Assembly (NCBI GenBank): GCA_002342505.1
Contig: DDQB01000108.1
Span: 11,046-75,045 of the forward strand
Direction of reading: 5' to 3'
DNA from: Acidaminococcaceae bacterium UBA2453
GTDB lineage: Bacteria; Bacillota; Negativicutes; Acidaminococcales; Acidaminococcaceae
Length of the DNA: 64,000 bases
The notes beneath the pieces were generated by a model. That model saw only the letters and a list, made by a program, of their open reading frames with translations. It was not told the origin of the DNA and made no database searches. Shown in pieces: positions 38,717-47,547 of this stretch. Every line of letters starts with the position of its first letter. Within the stretch, counting starts at the first letter, position 1. The translations under genes and the position numbers were made by a program.

Positions 38717-39541
38717 TCACCGCAAATCTGATTCGCTCATGGAAACGATCGTGATGCTCTTTTCCTCGGCCATGGCCAAGGTGCGTTTCCGATCCACCAG
38801 GAGCGTCCTTCCCGCTTCAATAGCAATGCCGGTGGCTCCGGCGTGAATCATAGACGTCAGCGTTGTCGTACCGATACTGGGCATATCGAATCGGTTATCC
38901 TGTGCCGGTTTTGCAGTCTTGGCCACAATCACGCCGCCTTTTCCCAAAAAACCGCCCCGTAAAATGCAGGCATCTGTTCCTTCAATGGCTTCCAGCGCCA
39001 TGACTGCCTGATTCTTCACCACAACCGTCTGCCCGATATCCATCCTCCCCAATTCTTTCGCCATACGGAAGCCGAACTGCATGTCCTTCCATTCCTGTTC
39101 CGTAGGCTGCCGTTTTGTCAGCACCCCTGGTTCCGGAAGCAGCGGCTGGATCAGCTTTGTCTGATCCATAACATGCATGCCTTTATCTTCAATCAGCTTG
39201 ACGATAGCGTTCATGATGGTATCGTCTTTCCGGTCCGGCAGGGAAGCCAGCACCCGGATTGTAGTCAGGTCCGGAATCATGACGCCGTTCTTATACAGCA
39301 CTTCCTTGGTGACTTTCCCAATCATGGTCACATTTTTTACATCATGTTTCTTCAACGTATCCAGGATTTTCCCAACTTTGCCAACGTTGATGGTATAAAA
39401 AATATCTGCAGACTCCGGCAATTCCGGATCCGTGTCTGCTACAACGGCAATGGCCACTACTCTGTAGCCCAGCTGCTTTGCGGACTGGGCCACATCCACC
39501 GGAAGATGACCGATGCCTGCCAATATCCCTAAGGTTTCCAT
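38717..39541 (-). CDS. lpxI: UDP-2,3-diacylglucosamine pyrophosphatase LpxI
   Basis: GILAGIGHLP, DIGQTVVV, EAIEGTD, QDNRFDMPSIG. Confidence 0.9.
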   Translation of the reverse strand: METLGILAGIGHLPVDVAQSAKQLGYRVVAIAVVADTDPELPESADIFYTINVGKVGKILDTLKKHDVKNVTMIGKVTKEVLYKNGVMIPDLTTIRVLASLPDRKDDTIMNAIVKLIEDKGMHVMDQTKLIQPLLPEPGVLTKRQPTEQEWKDMQFGFRMAKELGRMDIGQTVVVKNQAVMALEAIEGTDACILRGGFLGKGGVIVAKTAKPAQDNRFDMPSIGTTTLTSMIHAGATGIAIEAGRTLLVDRKRTLAMAEEKSITIVSMSESDLR

Positions 39542-39587
39542 AAAGTATCCGCCTGTTTTGTGGAGACACTGATTATATCGTGTTTCC

Positions 39588-40391
39588 TTATTTCCGCGTA
39601 TGGATGATGCCCCGTTCTGCATTCCGCAGGAACCGCATCAGATGTTCCACCGGTTCGCTGCTATCCAGTTCCTGCTCCATGGTAGCAACGGCTTCTTCCA
39701 ACGTCAGCCCGCTGCGATACAGGATACGGAACGCTTTTTTCAGCTGGGTACGAATTTCCAGCGGCATTCCGGCACGTGCCAGTCCTACGCTGTTCAAGCC
39801 TGCAACAAAAGCAGGATCCCCGGCTACCAGCATAAAAGGAGGAATATCCTGCGATACCCTGCTCATCCCCCCAGCCATGGCATTCCGCCCGATACGGCAG
39901 AACTGATGTACCGCGGCCAGACCACCGATGACAGCCCTGTCTTCTACCACAACATGACCGGCCAATGTGGCCACATTGGACATAATTACATTATTTCCCA
40001 CAATACAGTTATGAGCGATATGGGTATACGCCATCATAAGTATATCGTTACCGATGCGGGTCTCATTCCCTTCCCCGCAGGCCCGGCTTACCGTGACACA
40101 TTCACGGAAAACCCCCCGGTCGCCGATCACCGTGGAGGTACGTTCCCCCTTGAACTTCAGATCCTGTGGCACGCCGCCGATAGAAGCCCCGGGGAAAAAT
40201 TTACATTCTTTTCCGATTGTTGTATAAGGATGGATCACTACATGCGGACCAACAATACATCCATCCCCCAAGATGACATCATGCTTAATTACCGCATACG
40301 GACCGATTACTACATTATTCCCTATTTCCGCACCCTTTTCGATGATTGCGGTCTCATGAATTTTGCGTAATGGTGTAATTACCGCTGCCAT
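39588..40391 (-). CDS. lpxA: UDP-GlcNAc O-acyltransferase
   Basis: Hexapeptide repeats, PQDLKFKGE, HIAHNC, LAGHV, VHQFCRIG. Confidence 0.95.
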   Translation of the reverse strand: MAAVITPLRKIHETAIIEKGAEIGNNVVIGPYAVIKHDVILGDGCIVGPHVVIHPYTTIGKECKFFPGASIGGVPQDLKFKGERTSTVIGDRGVFRECVTVSRACGEGNETRIGNDILMMAYTHIAHNCIVGNNVIMSNVATLAGHVVVEDRAVIGGLAAVHQFCRIGRNAMAGGMSRVSQDIPPFMLVAGDPAFVAGLNSVGLARAGMPLEIRTQLKKAFRILYRSGLTLEEAVATMEQELDSSEPVEHLMRFLRNAERGIIHTRK

Positions 40392-40706
40392 TTCCTCACT
40401 CCTCTGCAGGAACAACCCGTTTATTCCTGATTGTTCCCGATTCTTACAATCATGCAGGTAAATATTGCTCTTCTTGCGTAAAGCAATGAGTTTTTTCGTG
40501 TTTTCCTTATCTATACTACAGAGCATACCGCATCTTATGAATATATTCCTAAAATGCGTACAATCTTCACATTTGAAAACAAACCATATGAAGCAGATTT
40601 ATCCAATTATTTAGAATCAAGATGTTTTTTTATATGAATTATGCTTCTTTTCTTCTTTTTTCTCAACTTTTCATCTTCATTCATTCTCAGAATGGTGATC
40701 TTCTAT

Positions 40707-41150
40707 TTATTTTTCTTGCTCCTGAATTGCAAAGAAGCAATCGCATTCACAGGCTAATTCCCCGTTCACCTTGCCCTCACAGTGGATTACTGCCATAAGA
40801 CCATGTATCTTCGTTACTTCCGCGCGGGTCACAACCTGGTCTCCCGGCACGATCTGCCTGTGGAACCGTACCTTGTCGATTTTGGCAAAGACGGCAATTT
40901 TTCCCCGGTTTTCCGGCGGATACAGTAAGGCTACCCCACCTACCTGCGCCATAGCTTCAATCATCAGCACGCCAGGCATAATTGGATTTTCCGGAAAATG
41001 TCCCAAAAACTGCATTTCATTAACGGAAACATTTTTTACGCCTACCGCCCATTTCATGGGCTCCAGATCCAGGATCCGGTCTACCAGTAACATAGGAAAA
41101 CGGTGCGGAAGAATTTTTTTGATTTCAGTAACATCCAGTGTAATAGCCAT
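40707..41150 (-). CDS. fabZ: 3-hydroxyacyl-ACP dehydratase
   Basis: LPHRFPMLLVDR, GHFPENPIMPGVLMIEAMAQ. Confidence 0.95.
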   Translation of the reverse strand: MAITLDVTEIKKILPHRFPMLLVDRILDLEPMKWAVGVKNVSVNEMQFLGHFPENPIMPGVLMIEAMAQVGGVALLYPPENRGKIAVFAKIDKVRFHRQIVPGDQVVTRAEVTKIHGLMAVIHCEGKVNGELACECDCFFAIQEQEK

Positions 41151-41980
41151 TATTTTTCCTCCCTGTATGCAATAATCTGTTTTGCTAACTGGGAATTATA
41201 GGAATGACCTGATTTGACTGCAATAATATGACCATTCCAGCTTCCGATAAGCGACATATCTCCCAGCACATCCAAAATTTTATGACGAACCAGTTCGTCC
41301 GGAAAACGAAGAACGGAAAGGCATTTTGTATCATCATACACAACTGCGTTCTCCAAATTTCCTCCTAACCCCAGTCCCATTTTCCTCATCTGTTCCACTT
41401 CACGCATGAAACCGATAGTACGGGCCGGCGCAATTTCCTTCACGAATGTTTCTTCATTCAGAATTACATCATAATACTGTGTACCCAACAACGGATGCGT
41501 GTTGACAGAAGTAAAAGAAATACGCATTCCATCATAGGGAAGCATTACAATATATTTATCTCCATCATAAACGGAAAAAGCCCTGTCAATTTTATAAACC
41601 GTCTTTTCCGCTTCCTGTTCCTTTCGCCCGGCTTTTTGCACCAACTGCGCAAAAACCAGTCCGCTCCCGTCTGTCACCGGCGGCTCCGGGGAATCCATCT
41701 CAATCTGGCAGTTGTCCACACCCATAGCAAACAACGCGCCTAAAAGATGTTCCACAGTTACTACCTGAGCCCCATTTTCACTGATGGTCGTAGCTCGCAG
41801 TGTTGAAGTAACAAGGTCGGCCCTGGCATGGATCACCGGCCTGCCCGGCAGATCAGTACGTATAAACACGATGCCCGTATCCGGACCGGACGGCTTCAAT
41901 GTCATAACTACATCCTTGCCAGAATGGAGCCCGACGCCGGAATAACTTACTTCCGAAGCAAGTGTTACCTGTTTTTTCAT
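41150..41980 (-). CDS. lpxC: UDP-3-O-acyl-GlcNAc deacetylase
   Basis: GVGLHSG, TVEHLL, PVTDGS, ELVRHKILD, GH. Confidence 0.95.
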   Translation of the reverse strand: MKKQVTLASEVSYSGVGLHSGKDVVMTLKPSGPDTGIVFIRTDLPGRPVIHARADLVTSTLRATTISENGAQVVTVEHLLGALFAMGVDNCQIEMDSPEPPVTDGSGLVFAQLVQKAGRKEQEAEKTVYKIDRAFSVYDGDKYIVMLPYDGMRISFTSVNTHPLLGTQYYDVILNEETFVKEIAPARTIGFMREVEQMRKMGLGLGGNLENAVVYDDTKCLSVLRFPDELVRHKILDVLGDMSLIGSWNGHIIAVKSGHSYNSQLAKQIIAYREEK

Positions 41981-42066
41981 ATGCACACCTCCATTCTGTT
42001 ATGATTCTGTTTTACAAAAAATCGAGCCTTTTCACTATCTGTCAGGATAAAAATATCCTATGTTTC

Positions 42067-42954
42067 TCAATTTTTCCTGAATCGTTTTTTTCCATCTTTC
42101 CAGCGATCATGAACCCAGAACCACATGGATGGGTTACTTCGTATTTCCTGTTCCAGAATCTGTATCAGTTTTTCTGTCGCCAGATACAGATCCTTTTCTT
42201 TATCTTCCGTTCTCTCCACATAAAACGGGGGATAAATTTTAGCCCGGCAACCGCCGTCCGGATCGTAATGCATGAAGATTGGCAAAATAGGACATCCAAA
42301 AGTCCGGCTGAAGACCGCCGGTCCAACCGGAGTTAACACTTCTTTACCGAACAATTTGGTCTTTATTCCGGTATCACTGGAATCCTGATCATACAAAATT
42401 CCCAGCAGATGCTTTTCCTTCAGGTACCGGCCCATAGCCAGTACCCCTTCCTTACCATGGTTGAAGGCTACCTTCTGTCCTACTAACTCCCTGTATTCAT
42501 TAATAAACCGATCCATAGCTCCATTGTTCTGTTTACGGGCAATACTCAGCATAGGGTAACCATGCAACGCCACATTCGCGCCCAATAACTCCCAGTTACT
42601 GAAATGACCGGTACACATAAGAGCCCCTTTACCTCTGGCATAGGCTTCTTCCAGATACTCCAGCCCGTCAGTCTTTACCACCGACTGAATCGTAGCCGGA
42701 TTCAGCAGCGGGAAACGCAGGACTTCCATAATCATGCGTCCAAATTTGACCACGCTCTGTTCAGCAATTTCCTGCGCCTCTTCCGGCGAAACGTTCAGAC
42801 ACTCCCGTACATTAGCTGCGGCCATCTGCATACGCCATGTCGGCACAATTTTCAGCGCCAGCCTGCCCAGAAGATTCCCAAACTCCAGCACTACGCTCCA
42901 GGGAAGCAAGCAGAATATTTTGCTTAACAATTTCATTACATAATATGAGAGCAT
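42067..42954 (-). CDS. Second lipid A late acyltransferase (LpxL family)
   Basis: GHFSNWE, LYDQD, WFWVHDRWK. Confidence 0.88.
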   Translation of the reverse strand: MLSYYVMKLLSKIFCLLPWSVVLEFGNLLGRLALKIVPTWRMQMAAANVRECLNVSPEEAQEIAEQSVVKFGRMIMEVLRFPLLNPATIQSVVKTDGLEYLEEAYARGKGALMCTGHFSNWELLGANVALHGYPMLSIARKQNNGAMDRFINEYRELVGQKVAFNHGKEGVLAMGRYLKEKHLLGILYDQDSSDTGIKTKLFGKEVLTPVGPAVFSRTFGCPILPIFMHYDPDGGCRAKIYPPFYVERTEDKEKDLYLATEKLIQILEQEIRSNPSMWFWVHDRWKDGKKRFRKN

Positions 42955-43024
42955 AATATCTTCCGTTTACGTTCAGCTTTTCAAATTTATTTTCAGAAAT
43001 GCATAGTACTTTGCACTCAACTTT

Positions 43025-44047
43025 TTACGACTTCTTTAATGCTTCGATCTCTTTTTTCAGTTCTTTCACAGTCTTCATCAACTCGCCAATCTTACGCAGT
43101 TTTGACTGCTGCCTTAGCCATTCTACATGAGACATGGACGGGAAGCCCGCCAAAACCTGATTGTCGCCAATATTTCCAATCACGCCGCAGCGAGCTGCCA
43201 TTACATTATTATTGCCAATGGTAATATGTCCCACAGTCGCCGCCTGTCCGCCAAAAGTATTATTGTTCCCAATAGTCACGCTGCCGGGTATCCCAACCAT
43301 AGCTACAAACAGGTTGTTTTCCCCTACCACATCGTTGTGCCCCAGATGAACCAGGTTATCCAGTTTGGTACCATTGCCCACTACCGTGCTTCCCACCGTA
43401 GCCCGGTCAATACAGGAATTGCAGCCGACTTCCACATCATCCCCAAGAACTACATTGCCTGTCTGCTGGACTTTGTTGTGTTTTCCGTTATTGGTAACAA
43501 AGCCAAACCCGTCGCCGCCGATAACGCAGCCGGACTGAAGGATATCCCGGTCGCCGATAACACAGTTTTCCCGGATAGTAGCATTGGGATAAATGATACA
43601 GTCAGCGCCAACTTTAACATGACGCCCAACATACGCATGAGAATAAATAACCGTGTTATCTCCGATCTCCGCTCCGGATTCCACAACAGCAAAAGGCTGC
43701 ACTGCTACGTTGTTTCCAATCTTTGCGTCCGCTGCAATATAAGCCAGCGGACTGATTACTCGGGCTACCTCTTCCTGTGGGCGGAACAGTTCCAACAGTT
43801 CCGCAAAAGCCTGCTTTGGATTGTCCACGCGGATCACGGGGCGGTCCAGCGTCCGGTCTCCAGGAGCCAGGATCATGGCGCCAGCCCGGCTCTTATGACA
43901 AAACTCAACATAGGGGGGAATGGCAAACGAAATATCCGAAGGGCCTGCTTCCACCAGGCCGTTTACTCCGGTAATGCGCATTGCCGGATCGTCATTCTCC
44001 AATGTACCATGCAAAAAAGCAGCCAGTTCCTGTAATGTTTTCTCCAT
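43025..44047 (-). CDS. lpxD: UDP-3-O-acyl-glucosamine N-acyltransferase
   Basis: Hexapeptide repeats, IGGDGFGF, CIDRA, KLDNLVHLGHN. Confidence 0.93.
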   Translation of the reverse strand: MEKTLQELAAFLHGTLENDDPAMRITGVNGLVEAGPSDISFAIPPYVEFCHKSRAGAMILAPGDRTLDRPVIRVDNPKQAFAELLELFRPQEEVARVISPLAYIAADAKIGNNVAVQPFAVVESGAEIGDNTVIYSHAYVGRHVKVGADCIIYPNATIRENCVIGDRDILQSGCVIGGDGFGFVTNNGKHNKVQQTGNVVLGDDVEVGCNSCIDRATVGSTVVGNGTKLDNLVHLGHNDVVGENNLFVAMVGIPGSVTIGNNNTFGGQAATVGHITIGNNNVMAARCGVIGNIGDNQVLAGFPSMSHVEWLRQQSKLRKIGELMKTVKELKKEIEALKKS

Positions 44048-44117
44048 CTTCCCACATCCCTCAGATTCAATATTTCTTATCAAAAAAGCAGCAGCCTCAT
44101 CTGAAATCCTGTCACGT

Positions 44118-44146
44118 AAAAAACGGACGGACGAAGAATCCGCCCG
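44118..44146 (-). terminator. Intrinsic terminator between the ompH genes and lpxD
   Basis: cgggcgga-ttcttcg-tccgtccg-TTTTTT on the minus strand. Confidence 0.65.
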
Positions 44147-44202
44147 CTATGGGTTGCTTACAGCATATTGCAGAACCGCCGGTCGTCCGGCAATTCGCTT
44201 CA

Positions 44203-44610
44203 TTATTTCATCTTTTTGATCACATCATCAGTCACGTCCACACCGCCGGAAGGAACCGCATCTTTTACCAGTACGGCGCTGAGGTTCTTTTCCTTGGAAA
44301 CCTCCGTTAATGCAGTATCCAGACTGGCTTTCAGTTTGGACTGCGCTTCCGACGAAGCAACCTGCATCTGAGCAGATTTATCCTTTGCAATCTTTTCCGC
44401 CTCTTCCTGACTCTTTCCCGCTGTTTCTTTTTCCAGCTGTTCCTGCAATTCTTTCGCTTTCTTCTGCAGGTCTTCCCGGATCGTTTTTACTGCCGGCGCT
44501 TCTGCTTCCACTTTTTTAATATCTACTACGCCGAAAGCGGCATTCCGGCCGCTGCATCCAACCGCCAGCAATGCGCATGCGATCATCAGACAAGCTAATA
44601 CTTTCTTCAT
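44203..44610 (-). CDS. OmpH/Skp-family lipoprotein (short)
   Basis: Lipobox LAVGC, FGVVDIKKV, GGVDVTDDVIKKM. Confidence 0.8.
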   Translation of the reverse strand: MKKVLACLMIACALLAVGCSGRNAAFGVVDIKKVEAEAPAVKTIREDLQKKAKELQEQLEKETAGKSQEEAEKIAKDKSAQMQVASSEAQSKLKASLDTALTEVSKEKNLSAVLVKDAVPSGGVDVTDDVIKKMK

Positions 44611-44639
44611 TATTGCAATCTTCCTTCCTGAATCTAATT

Positions 44640-45608
44640 TTATTTTTTGTCAGTTCCTGTATCAGGAACTTTTTTGGACAAAGCATTTGTAATTTTTTTA
44701 CCTGCTGATAACTTTTTCAGTCCGGCAATTACATCGCCGGTAATGTCATCCGCCGATACATTGGTACGATATTTATGAAATACTACTGTGTACCCGCGTT
44801 CACGGGCCAGCCTGGTAACGATGCTTTCCACATCTTTTTTTATAGATGTTTCCAACACTTCAATATCCTGCTGCTGTTTATCCAGCTCTTCGTCTACGGT
44901 TCCCAGAATTCCCCTTAACGCTTCCGGCGCTTTCTGTAACACAGACGAATCTTTCTCCGCGTTCTTTTTCACTTCCGCCATCATCTGCTGCTGCAACTGA
45001 CGGGCATACTCATCCAGTCTTTGCTGCATTGCTTTCACATGCGGTTCCATACGCTGATTCACCAGTGCGATCTTATGCTGCATCAGCCCCATCCGGTCAC
45101 GGTCTCTTTCATTCTGCACAGCTTTCAACTGCGCCTCCAGGCGATTTCGTTCTTCCGGCATCATCCGGATCGTATCCAGCCTCAGCCGCAAATTGAAAAT
45201 CTGCAGCCGATAATGTTCATTCAGCTTCTTTTCCTCTTCTGCCAGCTCTTTATCCACCTGATCGGCATACTGATTACTCAGTTTTTTCAGCTGCTCCTGT
45301 TCCACAGCCTGCTTTTCCGCCATCTTTGTCATAAAATCTGCCGACAGGAAATTCTGTTTGCTGCGAAGCTTCAGTTGCTGTAGTTTTGCCAGGCCGCTCA
45401 TCTTTGTCTTTCCGATGATTTCCTGTTCCCGACGTTTGTCCAGCAGCAATTGGAACACGCTCTTTCGTTGCTCCAGTTCCGCATATTGGGAATGGGATTC
45501 TAACGCTTTATCCCAGTTTACAACAGCGATCCGACCTCCGTTTTTCATCTTGCCGCAGGCCGAAAGCAAAAGCGCGAGACACGTCAACGATATCAACAGC
45601 CGGCGCAT
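44640..45608 (-). CDS. OmpH/Skp-family lipoprotein with long coiled-coil insertion
   Basis: Lipobox LLSAC, IAVVNWDKAL, LARERGYTVVF...DITGDVI. Confidence 0.75.
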   Translation of the reverse strand: MRRLLISLTCLALLLSACGKMKNGGRIAVVNWDKALESHSQYAELEQRKSVFQLLLDKRREQEIIGKTKMSGLAKLQQLKLRSKQNFLSADFMTKMAEKQAVEQEQLKKLSNQYADQVDKELAEEEKKLNEHYRLQIFNLRLRLDTIRMMPEERNRLEAQLKAVQNERDRDRMGLMQHKIALVNQRMEPHVKAMQQRLDEYARQLQQQMMAEVKKNAEKDSSVLQKAPEALRGILGTVDEELDKQQQDIEVLETSIKKDVESIVTRLARERGYTVVFHKYRTNVSADDITGDVIAGLKKLSAGKKITNALSKKVPDTGTDKK

Positions 45609-45631
45609 AGCATTTCCTCCTTCAGCAATGG

Positions 45632-45660
45632 AAAATGAGGCTCCGCAGGAGCCTCATTTT
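45632..45660. terminator. Perfect hairpin between ompH genes
   Basis: aaaatgaggctcc-gca-ggagcctcatttt. Confidence 0.7.
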
Positions 45661-45668
45661 ATGCGAAA

Positions 45669-46175
45669 TTACTTTTTAGCAGCATTCTTAGCGGCAGTCT
45701 GCAACGCTTTTGCTACTTCATCGGTAATATCCGTTCCGCCGTAAACAACGGTGGATTTATCGACAACAACTTTCAGGCCCTTTTTATCCGCAATTTTTTT
45801 AATCGTAGCATTGATTTCTTCCAGCAACGGATCCATCAGTTCTTTTTCTTTATTACCCAGATGTTCCTGCAGTTGTTTGTAGTAACGCTCCTTCTCTTCA
45901 TCGTTCATGTTGGCACTTTTACTGTCAAAATCCCGACGGGTATCCGCGATTGCCTTCTGCATATCTTCCCGGACCCCTTCCAGGCGGGGCGACTGGGAAA
46001 CCAGCACCTGATAGTTTACCACGCCGATAGCCGATTCGCTGGATGCCGCAGAAGCCACGCCGCTTCCGAAACCACCCGCGCTCATAGCCAGCGTGAAGCA
46101 GCCGATGACAAAAATAGCCGCTACAATCAGGGAAATTGTTTTGACATTTTTCGGGTTACGCAATTTTTCCATCAT
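45669..46175 (-). CDS. OmpH/Skp-family chaperone
   Basis: IGVVNYQVL, IADKKGLKVVVDK, YGGTDITDEV. Confidence 0.88.
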   Translation of the reverse strand: MMEKLRNPKNVKTISLIVAAIFVIGCFTLAMSAGGFGSGVASAASSESAIGVVNYQVLVSQSPRLEGVREDMQKAIADTRRDFDSKSANMNDEEKERYYKQLQEHLGNKEKELMDPLLEEINATIKKIADKKGLKVVVDKSTVVYGGTDITDEVAKALQTAAKNAAKK

Positions 46176-46264
46176 AATAGAAATTACCTGCCTTCTTTAA
46201 TTAATAATTTGCTAAGTTATTATACCAGTCTGCACCGGCATTTTCAATATTATATTACATAATT

Positions 46265-47545
46265 TCACAGATTTCCCACAATACGGAAATAAGATTTGTT
46301 GGTAGAGTAAACATACTCCCCGCTCAGGAATTCATGAATCCGGTATCGGACAGCATATTCATTTTCCTTTTTATCGCCAAAATGCTCATATCGCAGGCGC
46401 CACTTTGGCGTAATGTCATATTCCGCCCGAATGACATGAGCATCGGCCGGAACCCGGAACATATAGGACATCGTCGCCTTTCCGTAATGGAACGCGTACC
46501 CCGCGTTGAAATCCCATCGCACATCTTTCAGGTCTACCCCGACCTCGCCGAAAATCTCATCCCGGCGTGAAATAAACTTGCCAAGATGCGCACGTCCGGA
46601 AAGATTATGATCCTTGCGCCCGATATCCCCATAGCCTTCGAACCAGATCTTATACTCATGGGATTCCAGCGAAATATCCAGCTGTGTTTCCGGTCCCGGA
46701 TGGATCAGAACCTGCGGCGTCAGATGATGGCGCCGCACCTGTATCTCATCTGATAATTCCTGCAGGATTTTTTTAGACAGCGTTTCCTTATTCATTTCTA
46801 CATAAGAAACAGGCAGTCCCTGCAGAGATTTTGCCTTGTCCGCATATTTATATTTCAGTTTCATCAAAAGGATGTTGGGAATAGACCGGGAAACCATGCT
46901 GTACTGCACATCCCGCACCAGTTCTCCCACCGGATAGATGACTACCTGCACGACCGCATTCCCGTTCTGGGTGGTCAGGTCCACGGCGGCCCTGAAATCA
47001 GGCAGCGCTTCTTCCACACTGCCTTTCACCTGTCCCCGCAGAACGCTTCCAGCCCAGTCGGCAGCATCAAGCGACGCCCCCTGCAATGTTTTCTGAAGCT
47101 GCTCTTTCAATGCAGGAACTTTTTCCTGCAACACCTCCGCGGCAAACGGACTGATTCCGGAAAACTGCAGATCCACATCCACCTTTTGCACTGTCTGCGC
47201 CCAAGGAGCCACAGAAAAAACAAGCTTCACCGTCATGCCTTCCCTTCCATCAGATGTGGAAAGCCGGACCTGATTGGTCTGGTAACCGGTAATGACGCGG
47301 TCCGATATTTCTGCCAGCAGTCGTTCATACCCTGCCGCATCCGCAGCAATAAAATCCGAATCCCTGCCATTAAAGAGCTGGGCGGCTACTACCTGCATGC
47401 TGTCTTCCATTTTCTGAAGCAGGACCGGGCTTGTAGTTCCCGCCTCATCTTTAATCTGCACATCCACTTTTGTAACAGGAGCCGCAAGGACATTTCCCGT
47501 CCAAAGCAGACACCCCATTAACAAAGCGACTTTTCGTTTCATCAC
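46265..47545 (-). CDS. Exported hypothetical protein with a putative C-terminal outer-membrane beta-barrel
   Basis: Signal peptide, alpha/beta N-terminal region, amphipathic aromatic-rich C-terminal strands; lies immediately downstream of bamA. Confidence 0.6.
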   Translation of the reverse strand: MMKRKVALLMGCLLWTGNVLAAPVTKVDVQIKDEAGTTSPVLLQKMEDSMQVVAAQLFNGRDSDFIAADAAGYERLLAEISDRVITGYQTNQVRLSTSDGREGMTVKLVFSVAPWAQTVQKVDVDLQFSGISPFAAEVLQEKVPALKEQLQKTLQGASLDAADWAGSVLRGQVKGSVEEALPDFRAAVDLTTQNGNAVVQVVIYPVGELVRDVQYSMVSRSIPNILLMKLKYKYADKAKSLQGLPVSYVEMNKETLSKKILQELSDEIQVRRHHLTPQVLIHPGPETQLDISLESHEYKIWFEGYGDIGRKDHNLSGRAHLGKFISRRDEIFGEVGVDLKDVRWDFNAGYAFHYGKATMSYMFRVPADAHVIRAEYDITPKWRLRYEHFGDKKENEYAVRYRIHEFLSGEYVYSTNKSYFRIVGNL

Positions 47546-47547
47546 TA

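Noticed and set aside
40392-40706. 315-bp gap between fabZ and lpxA and the upstream extension of the lpxA ORF
   Set aside because: AT-rich, probably an internal promoter region; no credible small gene or RNA structure
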